Assembly (NCBI GenBank): GCA_049654165.1 | Contig: JBASHR010000091.1 | Location: 9,524-73,523, forward strand | Source of the DNA: Bacteroidales bacterium | Lineage (GTDB): Bacteria > Bacteroidota > Bacteroidia > Bacteroidales > JAAYJT01 | Direction: 5' to 3' | DNA: 64,000 nt | Part shown: one piece after another, positions 36,662 to 45,768 of the stretch | How positions within the stretch are numbered: the stretch's first letter is position 1 | Layout of the letters: each line of letters begins with the position of its first letter | Made by a program: the position numbers and the translations under genes | The notes under the pieces: model-generated | The model's database searches: none | What the model was told of the DNA's origin: nothing | What the model saw: the letters and a program-made list of their open reading frames with translations, nothing else

Positions 36662-39538
36662 ATGCCGGCTATACGTGAACATTATTGGATATCAGGGGTT
36701 GTGAAAATCCGGCTTTGCTTTGTCTGTTTTATTTTTATCAGTTTACCGCTGTTTTCCCAAAATCCATTCAATATAACAAACTACAAAAAATCCGATTACC
36801 ATGCAGCTAATCAAAACTGGGATATTGATCTGGATGAGGCTGGAAATGTGTATTTAGCCAATAGTAAAGGTTTGCTGAAGTTAAGTGGTTCAAAATTTGA
36901 ACTTTACGAATTACCTGCCAAAACCATAGTACGTTCGGTAGCTATTATTGACTCTCTGGTTTACACCGGTTCCTTTGAAGAATTTGGCTTTTGGGCTCCT
37001 GATAATAAAGGAAGTCTTTGTTATCATTCGTTGGCTACTTATTTAACAGATGATACTCTGGAAAATGATGAGATATGGAAAATTGTAAATCATAGAGATA
37101 AGATTTATTTTCAGAGTTTTGGGAAATTGCTTTGTTATGATCATCAACGTGTTATTTCAATTCCTATCCCCGGATCAATTCTTTTTCTGCTTAAATGCAA
37201 TGAGCGTCTTTTTGCTCAGGAGATAGGTGGAGGGCTCTATGAAATTGTTGAGAATGAATTGTTTTTTATAAATGGCAGTCAGATTTTCAGTGATACAGAA
37301 GTTAAAACCATATTGCCATTCAAATCAGGGAAGTTCATAATTGGCACCAGCAGTAAAGGGTTATATTTGTTTGATGGCTTATCTTTTACATACTGGCAGA
37401 ATGAAGCATCGGAACTGCTTATGGATTTAAAAATCAATAATGGTGTAAAATCGGGCAATCTGTTTATTTTTGGAACTATTATCAAAGGATTGATAATACT
37501 TGATGAGACCGGCAGGCTGGTCAACCATATTCACACGGGCAATTCTTTACAGAATAATACAGTTCTTGCGTTGTGTCTGGATAATGACAATAATTTATGG
37601 GTTGGACTTGACAAGGGGTTTGACTATATAGCTTTCGACAGCCCTTTGATATACTATAATTATGATGTTACGGGATTCGGAGCAGTTTATACTGCTTGTT
37701 TGTACAAAGATACTCTCTTTGTCGGAACCAATCATGGAATTTATTATTTTGCATCTGATAAAATAGGATTCTATTCAAATAAAAGCTTTCTTGCCGGTTC
37801 GCAAGGTCAGGTTTGGTTTATTAAAAATATTGATGGTAAGTTATATACAGGTTTAAATGATGGTACTTACCTTATTGAAAATCTGAAGTTAAGACCTGTT
37901 AGTAGTGTGAACGGAGGTTTTAACCTTGAAAAAACATCGTTCAATAATGCTGATCATCTCATACAAGGCACTTACAACGAGTTAGTTATCTACAACAATG
38001 TCAAGGGTATATGGCAACAGCATCACACTATAAAGGGATTTGGCGCTCCTGCACGTTTTCTGGAGGTTGACCATACCGGGAATATATGGCTGGGGCATAT
38101 AGTATCGGGTATATATATGGTTCAACCCGATATGAATTATCAGGAAGTTGTTAAAATCGTTAATCCGCTTGAAAATACTGAGTTTGATAAAAACCATAAC
38201 CGCGTTTATAAGATTGATAACCGGATTATCGTTCCAACCGGAAGAACAATGCTTCAATGGGATGCAGTAAAAAACAAACTGGTTCCTTACGATGAATTAG
38301 TTAAACAACTTGAAGGATTTGAATCGTCTCTAACCATAATTCCGGCTTTGCCAAACCAATACTGGTTCGTCAATAATAATGAATTGGGTTTATTTGAAAT
38401 CCGTTTTGAAAAAGCCAGGCTGATAAACAGGATTATACCTGAGATGTATGGTCTTAATCTGGTTGAAGATTATGAGAATATAATAACTCTTAATGACAGC
38501 ATTTACCTCGTATGTCTTGAAAATGGTATTTCATTACTGAACCTCAATAAACTAAACAGAATGAAAGGGCTTGACAATGCCCCCGTAATCAACGAAGCGG
38601 TATTCTGGAAAAATGCTGACAATCAACTGCATATTAACATTGGTTCTGACAGGAATAAAGAAATACGCCATACTCATAATAATTTGAAATTTGCTTTTTC
38701 GGCATCAGGGTCGGCAGGTAAGAAAAAATATTTTCAATACAAACTTAATGGACTGGAAACCAATTGGAGTCAATGGACTGTAAATACCGAAGTAACTTAT
38801 AATCGCTTACCACCTGGTTTATATACTTTTTTACTGCGAACTCTTGATCCACAGGGAAAAATAACAGAAGGTACCGGTGTAGTGATAAAAATTAAGCCTC
38901 CATGGTATCTTTCATATTTTGCCATTGCTTTTTATTTGATCATGCTGGTGGGGTTGATCTGGCTTATTCGCTTGAACTATCTGAGGCGTTACTGGAAAAA
39001 CATGGAAGTGGCACTTAAAAAAGAACAGGAACTTTTATTGCAGGAGAAAGAACGAGCTGAGAAAGAAGTGATAAGGCTTACAAACGAGAATCTACAGGCT
39101 GAAATTGCAATGAAAAATGCTCAGCTTGCCAATAATACAATGATCCTGATCAGGAAAAATGAGTTGCTGAGTGAAATTCGTGATGAGCTTGACAGGCAAA
39201 GAGAAGAACTTGGCAGCCGGATTCCTAAAAAATATTATCAAAAAATTTCACGACTAATTGATGATAGTATTAAAAGCGATCATGACTGGGAGATGTTTGA
39301 AAAATTATTTGATCAGGCACATAAGAACTTCTTTCAGAAACTTAAATCCGACTATCCTGACCTTACTTCCGGCGACTTGCGCTTATGTGCTTATCTAAGG
39401 CTTAATCTGTCATCAAAGGAAATTGCGCCTCTTTTGAATATTACAGTTAGAGGAGTTGAAGAGCGGCGCTATCGTTTAAGAAAACGTTTACAGCTTCCTT
39501 CTGATGTTAATATTTCTGAGTTTATTCTGTCGTACTGA
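36662..39538 (+). CDS. Transmembrane one-component regulator: periplasmic propeller/Y_Y_Y sensor, TM helix, coiled coil and LuxR(GerE)-type HTH
   Basis: Long N-terminal repeat region, 'YFQYKLNGLETNWSQW' Y_Y_Y-like block, TM helix 'FAIAFYLIMLVGLIWLI', and C-terminal 'LTSGDLRLCAYLRLNLSSKEIAPLLNITVRGVEERRYRLRKRL'. Confidence 0.8.
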   Translation: MPAIREHYWISGVVKIRLCFVCFIFISLPLFSQNPFNITNYKKSDYHAANQNWDIDLDEAGNVYLANSKGLLKLSGSKFELYELPAKTIVRSVAIIDSLVYTGSFEEFGFWAPDNKGSLCYHSLATYLTDDTLENDEIWKIVNHRDKIYFQSFGKLLCYDHQRVISIPIPGSILFLLKCNERLFAQEIGGGLYEIVENELFFINGSQIFSDTEVKTILPFKSGKFIIGTSSKGLYLFDGLSFTYWQNEASELLMDLKINNGVKSGNLFIFGTIIKGLIILDETGRLVNHIHTGNSLQNNTVLALCLDNDNNLWVGLDKGFDYIAFDSPLIYYNYDVTGFGAVYTACLYKDTLFVGTNHGIYYFASDKIGFYSNKSFLAGSQGQVWFIKNIDGKLYTGLNDGTYLIENLKLRPVSSVNGGFNLEKTSFNNADHLIQGTYNELVIYNNVKGIWQQHHTIKGFGAPARFLEVDHTGNIWLGHIVSGIYMVQPDMNYQEVVKIVNPLENTEFDKNHNRVYKIDNRIIVPTGRTMLQWDAVKNKLVPYDELVKQLEGFESSLTIIPALPNQYWFVNNNELGLFEIRFEKARLINRIIPEMYGLNLVEDYENIITLNDSIYLVCLENGISLLNLNKLNRMKGLDNAPVINEAVFWKNADNQLHINIGSDRNKEIRHTHNNLKFAFSASGSAGKKKYFQYKLNGLETNWSQWTVNTEVTYNRLPPGLYTFLLRTLDPQGKITEGTGVVIKIKPPWYLSYFAIAFYLIMLVGLIWLIRLNYLRRYWKNMEVALKKEQELLLQEKERAEKEVIRLTNENLQAEIAMKNAQLANNTMILIRKNELLSEIRDELDRQREELGSRIPKKYYQKISRLIDDSIKSDHDWEMFEKLFDQAHKNFFQKLKSDYPDLTSGDLRLCAYLRLNLSSKEIAPLLNITVRGVEERRYRLRKRLQLPSDVNISEFILSY

Positions 39539-39757
39539 TAAAATGCAAATCTTTTTCCAATACGTTATTGAGCATTGATTTTAGTTTAAAGTCTTAATAA
39601 ATCTTTAAAATATACTTATTCAATCATTTGATATTCAAAATGTTACCCTACAGTATTCGTCAAATGATGTAGTAAAGAGGTGTTTGCAATATAATGCTTT
39701 TTAAGAGTGTGGTATTATTGATGAGAGATTTTTATTGATTTTAGCTTGTAATAATAC

Positions 39758-39765
39758 TAATTTTG
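39758..39765 (+). promoter_or_regulatory. Candidate -7 box (TAATTTTG) for susC-like/PUL operon
   Basis: Matches TAnnTTTG about 100 nt upstream of the ATG at 39868, with a TTG about 20 nt further upstream (39735-39737). Confidence 0.35.
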
Positions 39766-39867
39766 CATTCTTATTTCAGATTTTTGTGGTTTAATCAAGT
39801 GAGATCTAACTGATATTTTTCCGTAACTAATTATCTAAGAGTTCATTAATTCAGAACCAAATAAAAA

Positions 39868-42800
39868 ATGCTTATGAAATTGAAAACTTTTACAAAACAA
39901 TTTTTCCGACGAATAGCACCATTGATGCTGTTCCTGCTTCTTCCGGTTATTGGTGTTTTTGCACAAAAGGTTATTACGGGTACAGTTACAGCTTCGGATA
40001 GTGGTGAGACTTTACCGGGGGTTAATGTCAGGATCAAAGGTACTACCAGAGGAACTACAACTGATATGGATGGTAATTTCAGACTTGAAGTACAGCCTGA
40101 AGATCGTACACTGGTGTTTTCGTTTATCGGATATCAGGATCAGGAAATTCTTATTGGTACACAGCAGACCTTTCGTATAGTAATGCAGTTAAGCAGCACC
40201 TCTCTTGAAGAAATTGTGGTCATTGGTTATGGAACTGTGAGGAAAAGCGATCTTACAGGTGCTGTAAGCTCTATCAAATCAGAAGATATTGGAAAGATCA
40301 CTGCCATACATCCGGAGAAAGCCTTGCAGGGAAAAGTTACCGGAGTGCAGGTTACCACTACATCAGGCGCACCCGGAGCGGGCGCAGCAGTGAGGATCAG
40401 AGGGGTTGGTACTTTCAATAATTCCTCACCAATTTTTGTTGTTGATGGAGTTATCCTCGATGATATCTCGTTTTTAAATTCTGCAGACATAGCATCCATG
40501 GAAGTATTGAAAGATGCTTCTGCAACAGCTATTTACGGTTCACGGGGTGCTAATGGTGTTATTCTCATTCAAACAAAAACAGGTTCGGTTGGGCAGGAAA
40601 AACCGGTTTTTGCTTTTTCAAGTGAATATGGGATTCAAAAGCTTGCTAAAAAGATAGACCTGCTTAATGGACGTGAATTTGCGATTATCTCAAATGAGAT
40701 TCGTCCCGGTTCATATAATAATGTAGATGCCGTTCCCAATACTGACTGGCAGGACCTTGTTTTCAGAACTGCTCCTGTGCAGAACCATCAGTTATCAATT
40801 ACCGGTGCCACAAATGTTTCGCAGTATTATGTGGGAATCGGGTTATATCAGCAGGATGGTATAGTCCCGAAATCAAATTATAAACGATTGACATTGAAGT
40901 TCAATAACACTTATAATTTGTCGAAATATTTCAGGCTGGGTAATAATATTACCATGGCACCATACGAACAGCGAAATGCACCAAATGTTACCTATTCAGT
41001 TTATCGTGCGCAGCCCTTGCTGAAGCCTTATTATGATGATGGAAGCTTTGGCGTTGTTTACAATGTTGGGAACCCTCTGGCCGATCTGGCATATTCCAAT
41101 AATTTTCGCAGTGGGATCAGGGGTGTGGGAAATATTTTTGCTGAAGCTAACCCACTTGAAGACATTACCCTTAAATCAAGTTTTGGTATTGACGCTTCAT
41201 TCAATAAATTTAAAGCCTTTACCCCTGCTTATACTGTATTTAATCCTGATGGCACAGCTTCGCAGCAATATAATGAATTCAGTGATATTTCAAAAGGTAA
41301 TACCGAAAACCTGAGCTGGCTGTGGGAAAACACGGCATCATGGAACAAAAGCATTGATAAACATAATATCAATGCTGTAGCTGGTTTTACCATGCAGAGA
41401 ACCCGTTCGGAAGAGATCCGTTTTGCCGGACAGAATGTAATACGCGACAATTCTAATTTCTGGTACATTGAGCCACCTTATATCATTGATGAATCGAACA
41501 ACATTAATATGCTGCAAAGCATTTTTAACGGTGTTGACGCCAATCTCTATTACTCAATGATCTCGTATTTATTCAGGGCTAATTATACTTTCGACAATCG
41601 TTACATTGGTACTGTTACTTTTCGTCGTGACGGATCATCAAAATTCAGTAAAGAAAACCGGTTCTCAAACTTTCCTTCTTTTGCTCTGGGATGGAATATT
41701 GTGAACGAGAAGTTTATGCAGAAGTTCCAGCTTATTTCGAACCTTAAGCTAAGAGCAAGCTGGGGAATAATAGGCAATGAAAAAATATTGTATTTCGACC
41801 GCTTTGCAAGAGTTCAGTCCGATCTTCTTGTGATATTGTCAAATCCGGATGCTTCATTTCCGGCAGCAAGTTATTTCAAAAGCGGAAATCCGGATCTGAG
41901 ATGGGAAAGCACTACCCAAACTGACATCGGGCTTGAAGCAGGAATTCTGAACAATCGTCTTACCGGAGAATTTGACTATTATCATAGGGTGACTGATGAT
42001 ATTCTTGTAGAGCTGTCAACCCCCGGTCATGTTGGTAACGGGCAGGGGCAGCGGGTGCGTTATAATGCAGCTTCAGTTCTTAACAGTGGTTTTGAATTTA
42101 ATATCCGCTGGCGCGAAAAAGTCAGAGACTTTAGTTACAGCGTAGGTGTGCTCGGAACCACCATTCATAACGAAATCCTTGAAATAGGAGGCTCAAGTGG
42201 AGTTGATTCAGTGTTGATAGGTGGTTATCTTGCTAACGGACAACCGGTTACATTAAGCAGAATTGGATTGCCAATCGGAGCTTTTTACGGCTATGTTACC
42301 GATGGGATTTTCCAGAATCAGGATGAACTAAATGTTTATCCACATTCATCACTGGCTGAGGCTGGTGACCTGCGCTTTGTGGATGTTGACGGAGATAAGA
42401 GAATTACCGGTCTTGACAGAACATATATAGGCTCACCTATCCCCAAATTTATTTTTGGATTGAACTTCGAGTTTTCTTACAAAGCTTTTGACCTTTCAAT
42501 GGATATTCATGGTCAAACGGGGAACAAGATTTTTAACGGCAAGGATGTTGTACGACCTGACCCCTATAATTTTGAAAAAAGCGTATGGAACCGATGGACA
42601 GGCCCTGGAACAACAAATACAGAGCCCAGAGCTTCGTTCGGAGGATATAATTACACACCTTCTGACAGGTTCATACAAAATGGTTCTTTTATAAGAATGC
42701 GTACTATAATGTTAGGATATACGCTTCCGGCAAATGTTTCAAAGAGACTGGCAATGCAGCAGGTTAGGGTTTATCTGAAAGGAACCAATATGTTCACATT

Positions 42801-42921
42801 TACCAAATATACCGGTTACACACCTGAAATAGGCAGTTATGATGTATTGTCGAACGGTATTGATAATGGTATTTATCCTATTTCGGCGGTTTATTCTTTT
42901 GGTTTGAATATCACTTTTTAA
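39868..42921 (+). CDS. SusC-like TonB-dependent outer-membrane transporter
   Basis: Carboxypeptidase-regulatory-like N-terminal domain 'GTVTASDSGETLPGVNVRIKGTTRGTTTDMDGNF', 'VVIGYGTVRKSDLTGAV', a plug domain, and a terminal aromatic residue. Confidence 0.95.
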   Translation: MLMKLKTFTKQFFRRIAPLMLFLLLPVIGVFAQKVITGTVTASDSGETLPGVNVRIKGTTRGTTTDMDGNFRLEVQPEDRTLVFSFIGYQDQEILIGTQQTFRIVMQLSSTSLEEIVVIGYGTVRKSDLTGAVSSIKSEDIGKITAIHPEKALQGKVTGVQVTTTSGAPGAGAAVRIRGVGTFNNSSPIFVVDGVILDDISFLNSADIASMEVLKDASATAIYGSRGANGVILIQTKTGSVGQEKPVFAFSSEYGIQKLAKKIDLLNGREFAIISNEIRPGSYNNVDAVPNTDWQDLVFRTAPVQNHQLSITGATNVSQYYVGIGLYQQDGIVPKSNYKRLTLKFNNTYNLSKYFRLGNNITMAPYEQRNAPNVTYSVYRAQPLLKPYYDDGSFGVVYNVGNPLADLAYSNNFRSGIRGVGNIFAEANPLEDITLKSSFGIDASFNKFKAFTPAYTVFNPDGTASQQYNEFSDISKGNTENLSWLWENTASWNKSIDKHNINAVAGFTMQRTRSEEIRFAGQNVIRDNSNFWYIEPPYIIDESNNINMLQSIFNGVDANLYYSMISYLFRANYTFDNRYIGTVTFRRDGSSKFSKENRFSNFPSFALGWNIVNEKFMQKFQLISNLKLRASWGIIGNEKILYFDRFARVQSDLLVILSNPDASFPAASYFKSGNPDLRWESTTQTDIGLEAGILNNRLTGEFDYYHRVTDDILVELSTPGHVGNGQGQRVRYNAASVLNSGFEFNIRWREKVRDFSYSVGVLGTTIHNEILEIGGSSGVDSVLIGGYLANGQPVTLSRIGLPIGAFYGYVTDGIFQNQDELNVYPHSSLAEAGDLRFVDVDGDKRITGLDRTYIGSPIPKFIFGLNFEFSYKAFDLSMDIHGQTGNKIFNGKDVVRPDPYNFEKSVWNRWTGPGTTNTEPRASFGGYNYTPSDRFIQNGSFIRMRTIMLGYTLPANVSKRLAMQQVRVYLKGTNMFTFTKYTGYTPEIGSYDVLSNGIDNGIYPISAVYSFGLNITF

Positions 42922-42933
42922 AAACTCGCGATT

Positions 42934-44430
42934 ATGAAAAAAATATCCTATATATTAGTCTTTAGCAGTATAGTTTTATTTTCGGCTTGTGAAGATTTTC
43001 TTGAAGTCAGCCCTCAGGGTCAGCTTACACAGGAAAGTTTCCCTATTAATGCGGCTGACGCCCTTCTTTCAACAAATGCTGCTTATTCAACATTGAGGAA
43101 CTGGCATTATCATTCAGGCGGATATCCTATTCTGGATATTATGTCAGACGATTCCCATAAAGGAAGTAATCCCAATGACCAGTTAAACACTTTAGGACCC
43201 TATGATAATTTCACCCACGTCCCCACCCAGGATGGGCTTGATCGCTGGTGGGCATCATTGTATCAGGGTATTAAGCGTACTAATGTAGTTATTGAAAAGG
43301 TTCCTGATATTGAAATGAACACTACACTTAAGAACCGTTATATCGGAGAAGCCAAATTCTTACGTGGTCTGTATTATTTTGACCTTCTCAGAGCATTCGG
43401 TGGTGTGCCAATAGTGGAGACTACTTCGCCACCGCTTAAACTTCCACGTGCTTCGATCAATGAGGTTTACGAGTTGATTGAAAACGATTTGTTGTTTGCC
43501 ATTGATAACCTTCCGGAGAAAAACGAGTATCCAGCCACTGATCTTGGCAGAGCCACAAAAGGAGCTGCAAAAGCTTTGCTGTCAAAAGTTTATATGTTTC
43601 GCCATGATGCAGGTAAGAACGATCTTGTTAATGCCGAAAAATATTTACTCGAAATAATCCTTTCAAATCAGTATGACCTTGAACCTGATTTCGAGGATGC
43701 GAATGGCAAAAATGGTGAGCATGGCGTTGAATCAGTCTTTGAGATTGGTGCTATGGAAAGCTCCGGAGCTGTCGGGAATCAGTATGCCAATACTCAGGGT
43801 GTTCGTGGAACCCCTAACCGTGGATGGGGTTTTAACCGCCCTTCACTTGATTTGCGTGCAGCTTTTGAAGAAGGTGATCCCCGCCTTAAATTAACAATAA
43901 TTGATCTTGGCGATGTCATTGACGGGGTATTGATTTTAGGAGATGGTACTACACCTGATAAAACATTTGATGACAACGGAAACCTTATTGAAATGGAATG
44001 TTATAACAGAAAAGTCTGGATACCGGGAACTTCCACCAATACTCAGTTTGGTCATAACCGCCGCCTGATCCGTTTTGCAGATGTGTTACTGATGGCTGCT
44101 GAGGTTTTGAATGAAAATGGAAAGCCGTCACAGGCTCTGGTGCATCTTAACAGAGTTCGTGCAAGGGCAAGGCATGGCAATAATGCTATATTACCTGACG
44201 TTACAACAACTGATAAAAATGAATTACGCGATTTGATACTTCATGAACGTCGTGTGGAACTTGCACTTGAAGGTCATCGTTTCTGGGATCTTGTCAGAAC
44301 CGGCATGGCTCCTCAGATATTAGGCCCATTAGGCTTTGTTCAGGGTAAACACGAATTACTTCCGGTGCCTCAGAATGAAATAGATATATCACAGGGAACT
44401 TTAACTCAGAACCCAAATTGGAGTTTTTAA
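42934..44430 (+). CDS. SusD/RagB-family outer-membrane lipoprotein
   Basis: Lipobox 'LFSAC', 'FLRGLYYFDLLRAFGGVPIV' and 'ERRVELALEGHRFWDLVR'. Confidence 0.95.
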   Translation: MKKISYILVFSSIVLFSACEDFLEVSPQGQLTQESFPINAADALLSTNAAYSTLRNWHYHSGGYPILDIMSDDSHKGSNPNDQLNTLGPYDNFTHVPTQDGLDRWWASLYQGIKRTNVVIEKVPDIEMNTTLKNRYIGEAKFLRGLYYFDLLRAFGGVPIVETTSPPLKLPRASINEVYELIENDLLFAIDNLPEKNEYPATDLGRATKGAAKALLSKVYMFRHDAGKNDLVNAEKYLLEIILSNQYDLEPDFEDANGKNGEHGVESVFEIGAMESSGAVGNQYANTQGVRGTPNRGWGFNRPSLDLRAAFEEGDPRLKLTIIDLGDVIDGVLILGDGTTPDKTFDDNGNLIEMECYNRKVWIPGTSTNTQFGHNRRLIRFADVLLMAAEVLNENGKPSQALVHLNRVRARARHGNNAILPDVTTTDKNELRDLILHERRVELALEGHRFWDLVRTGMAPQILGPLGFVQGKHELLPVPQNEIDISQGTLTQNPNWSF

Positions 44431-44459
44431 TAATTTTTGTTTAATTAAATTTTGTAATT

Positions 44460-45698
44460 ATGAAACGTAATCATGTTGTTTTGAGCCTTGGGCTCGTAGT
44501 ATTAGCTCTTACAATAGCTATTAGCTCCTGTAAGAAAGAAGATCCCGATCTTACACTTGCAACTCTTGTTGCCGGTACTATAGATCTGAATGCAGCAACT
44601 TCACCGAATGATGTGCCTGTAAATCCTACCATCGTTGCTACTTTTAGCACTGATGTTGATCCTGCTACCGCAGTTGCTGCAAATATTACACTTACCCAGG
44701 ATTATGATAATACTGACATTCCGCTGAATATATCAGCTTCAGGTAAGACTATTACAATAAAGCCAGAGATGGATTTGAGCACCGGTGCTTTGTACAAACT
44801 AAAATTCAAAGACGGTATAAAATCTACTGCAGATAAATATCTTACTGGATTTGAACGTAACTTCACTACTATCGGAACTTTTGCTCCTGCAGGTGTTAAA
44901 GCACACTGGAAATTTGAGAATGATGCTAAAGACGAAACCGGAGTCTTTAACTCATCGGCTGCAATAGATATTACCTATGTTGATTCTCGTAATGCAAATG
45001 CAGGAAAAGCTGCAAAATTTAATGGTACTACAAGTATCATTGAAATTCCCAATGGCGACCAGCTTGTTAATACACAGAAATTTACTATTTCTTTCTGGGT
45101 TAAGGCTGAAGATTCAGGAAAAGGACATTTTGTACTTGGGTTAGGTGCTTTTTATGGTATTCAGTTTGAAATGTTTGGAGGTTTGGATGGTGCAAAATTT
45201 GCTATCCAGTACGAACTTGAAAATGGAAATACTGTTGCTGAAGATATGTGGTTCCCAAGCAATGCCACCTATAATCAGAATGGAGGCTGGCAGGGCTGGG
45301 ATTTTGCAAAATCTATTGAGCCTGATGATATGAAAGCCATGCTGAAAAATAAATGGTTGCACGTCACATATACTTTTGATGGAGTAAGCAAACGTGGAAT
45401 CTTGTACTATAATGGCGAGAAAATGAAGAGCTTTGACTTTAATCTGTGGCCTGATGGCGATGCAAAACGTACCGTAAAAGGCATGAAATACGGCGGTGTT
45501 GCTCCTGATGTTGTAAACGAGCTTGCATTCGGATTTATCCAGTCACGTCAGGGCACAATGTGGGCTAATGAACCATGGGGCGGTTATACTTTCCCGGAAG
45601 CTAACCATTTTCAAGGCCAGTTAGATGATGTTCGTATTTATCACAAAGTACTTACACCTAACGAAATTGACCTGATGTATAAATCAGAAAAACCCTAA
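44460..45698 (+). CDS. Surface lipoprotein with Ig-like (SbsA_Ig-type) and LamG/concanavalin-like domains; candidate surface glycan-binding protein
   Basis: Lipobox 'AISSC'. Position immediately after susD. 'HWKFENDAKDETG...QLDDVRIYHKVLTPNEID' is typical of Laminin_G_3 domains. Confidence 0.65.
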   Translation: MKRNHVVLSLGLVVLALTIAISSCKKEDPDLTLATLVAGTIDLNAATSPNDVPVNPTIVATFSTDVDPATAVAANITLTQDYDNTDIPLNISASGKTITIKPEMDLSTGALYKLKFKDGIKSTADKYLTGFERNFTTIGTFAPAGVKAHWKFENDAKDETGVFNSSAAIDITYVDSRNANAGKAAKFNGTTSIIEIPNGDQLVNTQKFTISFWVKAEDSGKGHFVLGLGAFYGIQFEMFGGLDGAKFAIQYELENGNTVAEDMWFPSNATYNQNGGWQGWDFAKSIEPDDMKAMLKNKWLHVTYTFDGVSKRGILYYNGEKMKSFDFNLWPDGDAKRTVKGMKYGGVAPDVVNELAFGFIQSRQGTMWANEPWGGYTFPEANHFQGQLDDVRIYHKVLTPNEIDLMYKSEKP

Positions 45699-45719
45699 TT
45701 TTTGTTTTTGGTTAATAAT

Positions 45720-45760
45720 GGGGAGGAGAGTGGGTTAATTCCCCTCTCCTTTCTTTTTTT
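45720..45760 (+). terminator. Intrinsic terminator/attenuator inside the PUL
   Basis: Hairpin AGGAGAG-T-GGG/ttaatt/CCC-CTCTCCT (45724-45750) followed by 'ttcttttttt'. Confidence 0.7.
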
Positions 45761-45768
45761 ATGTGTTT

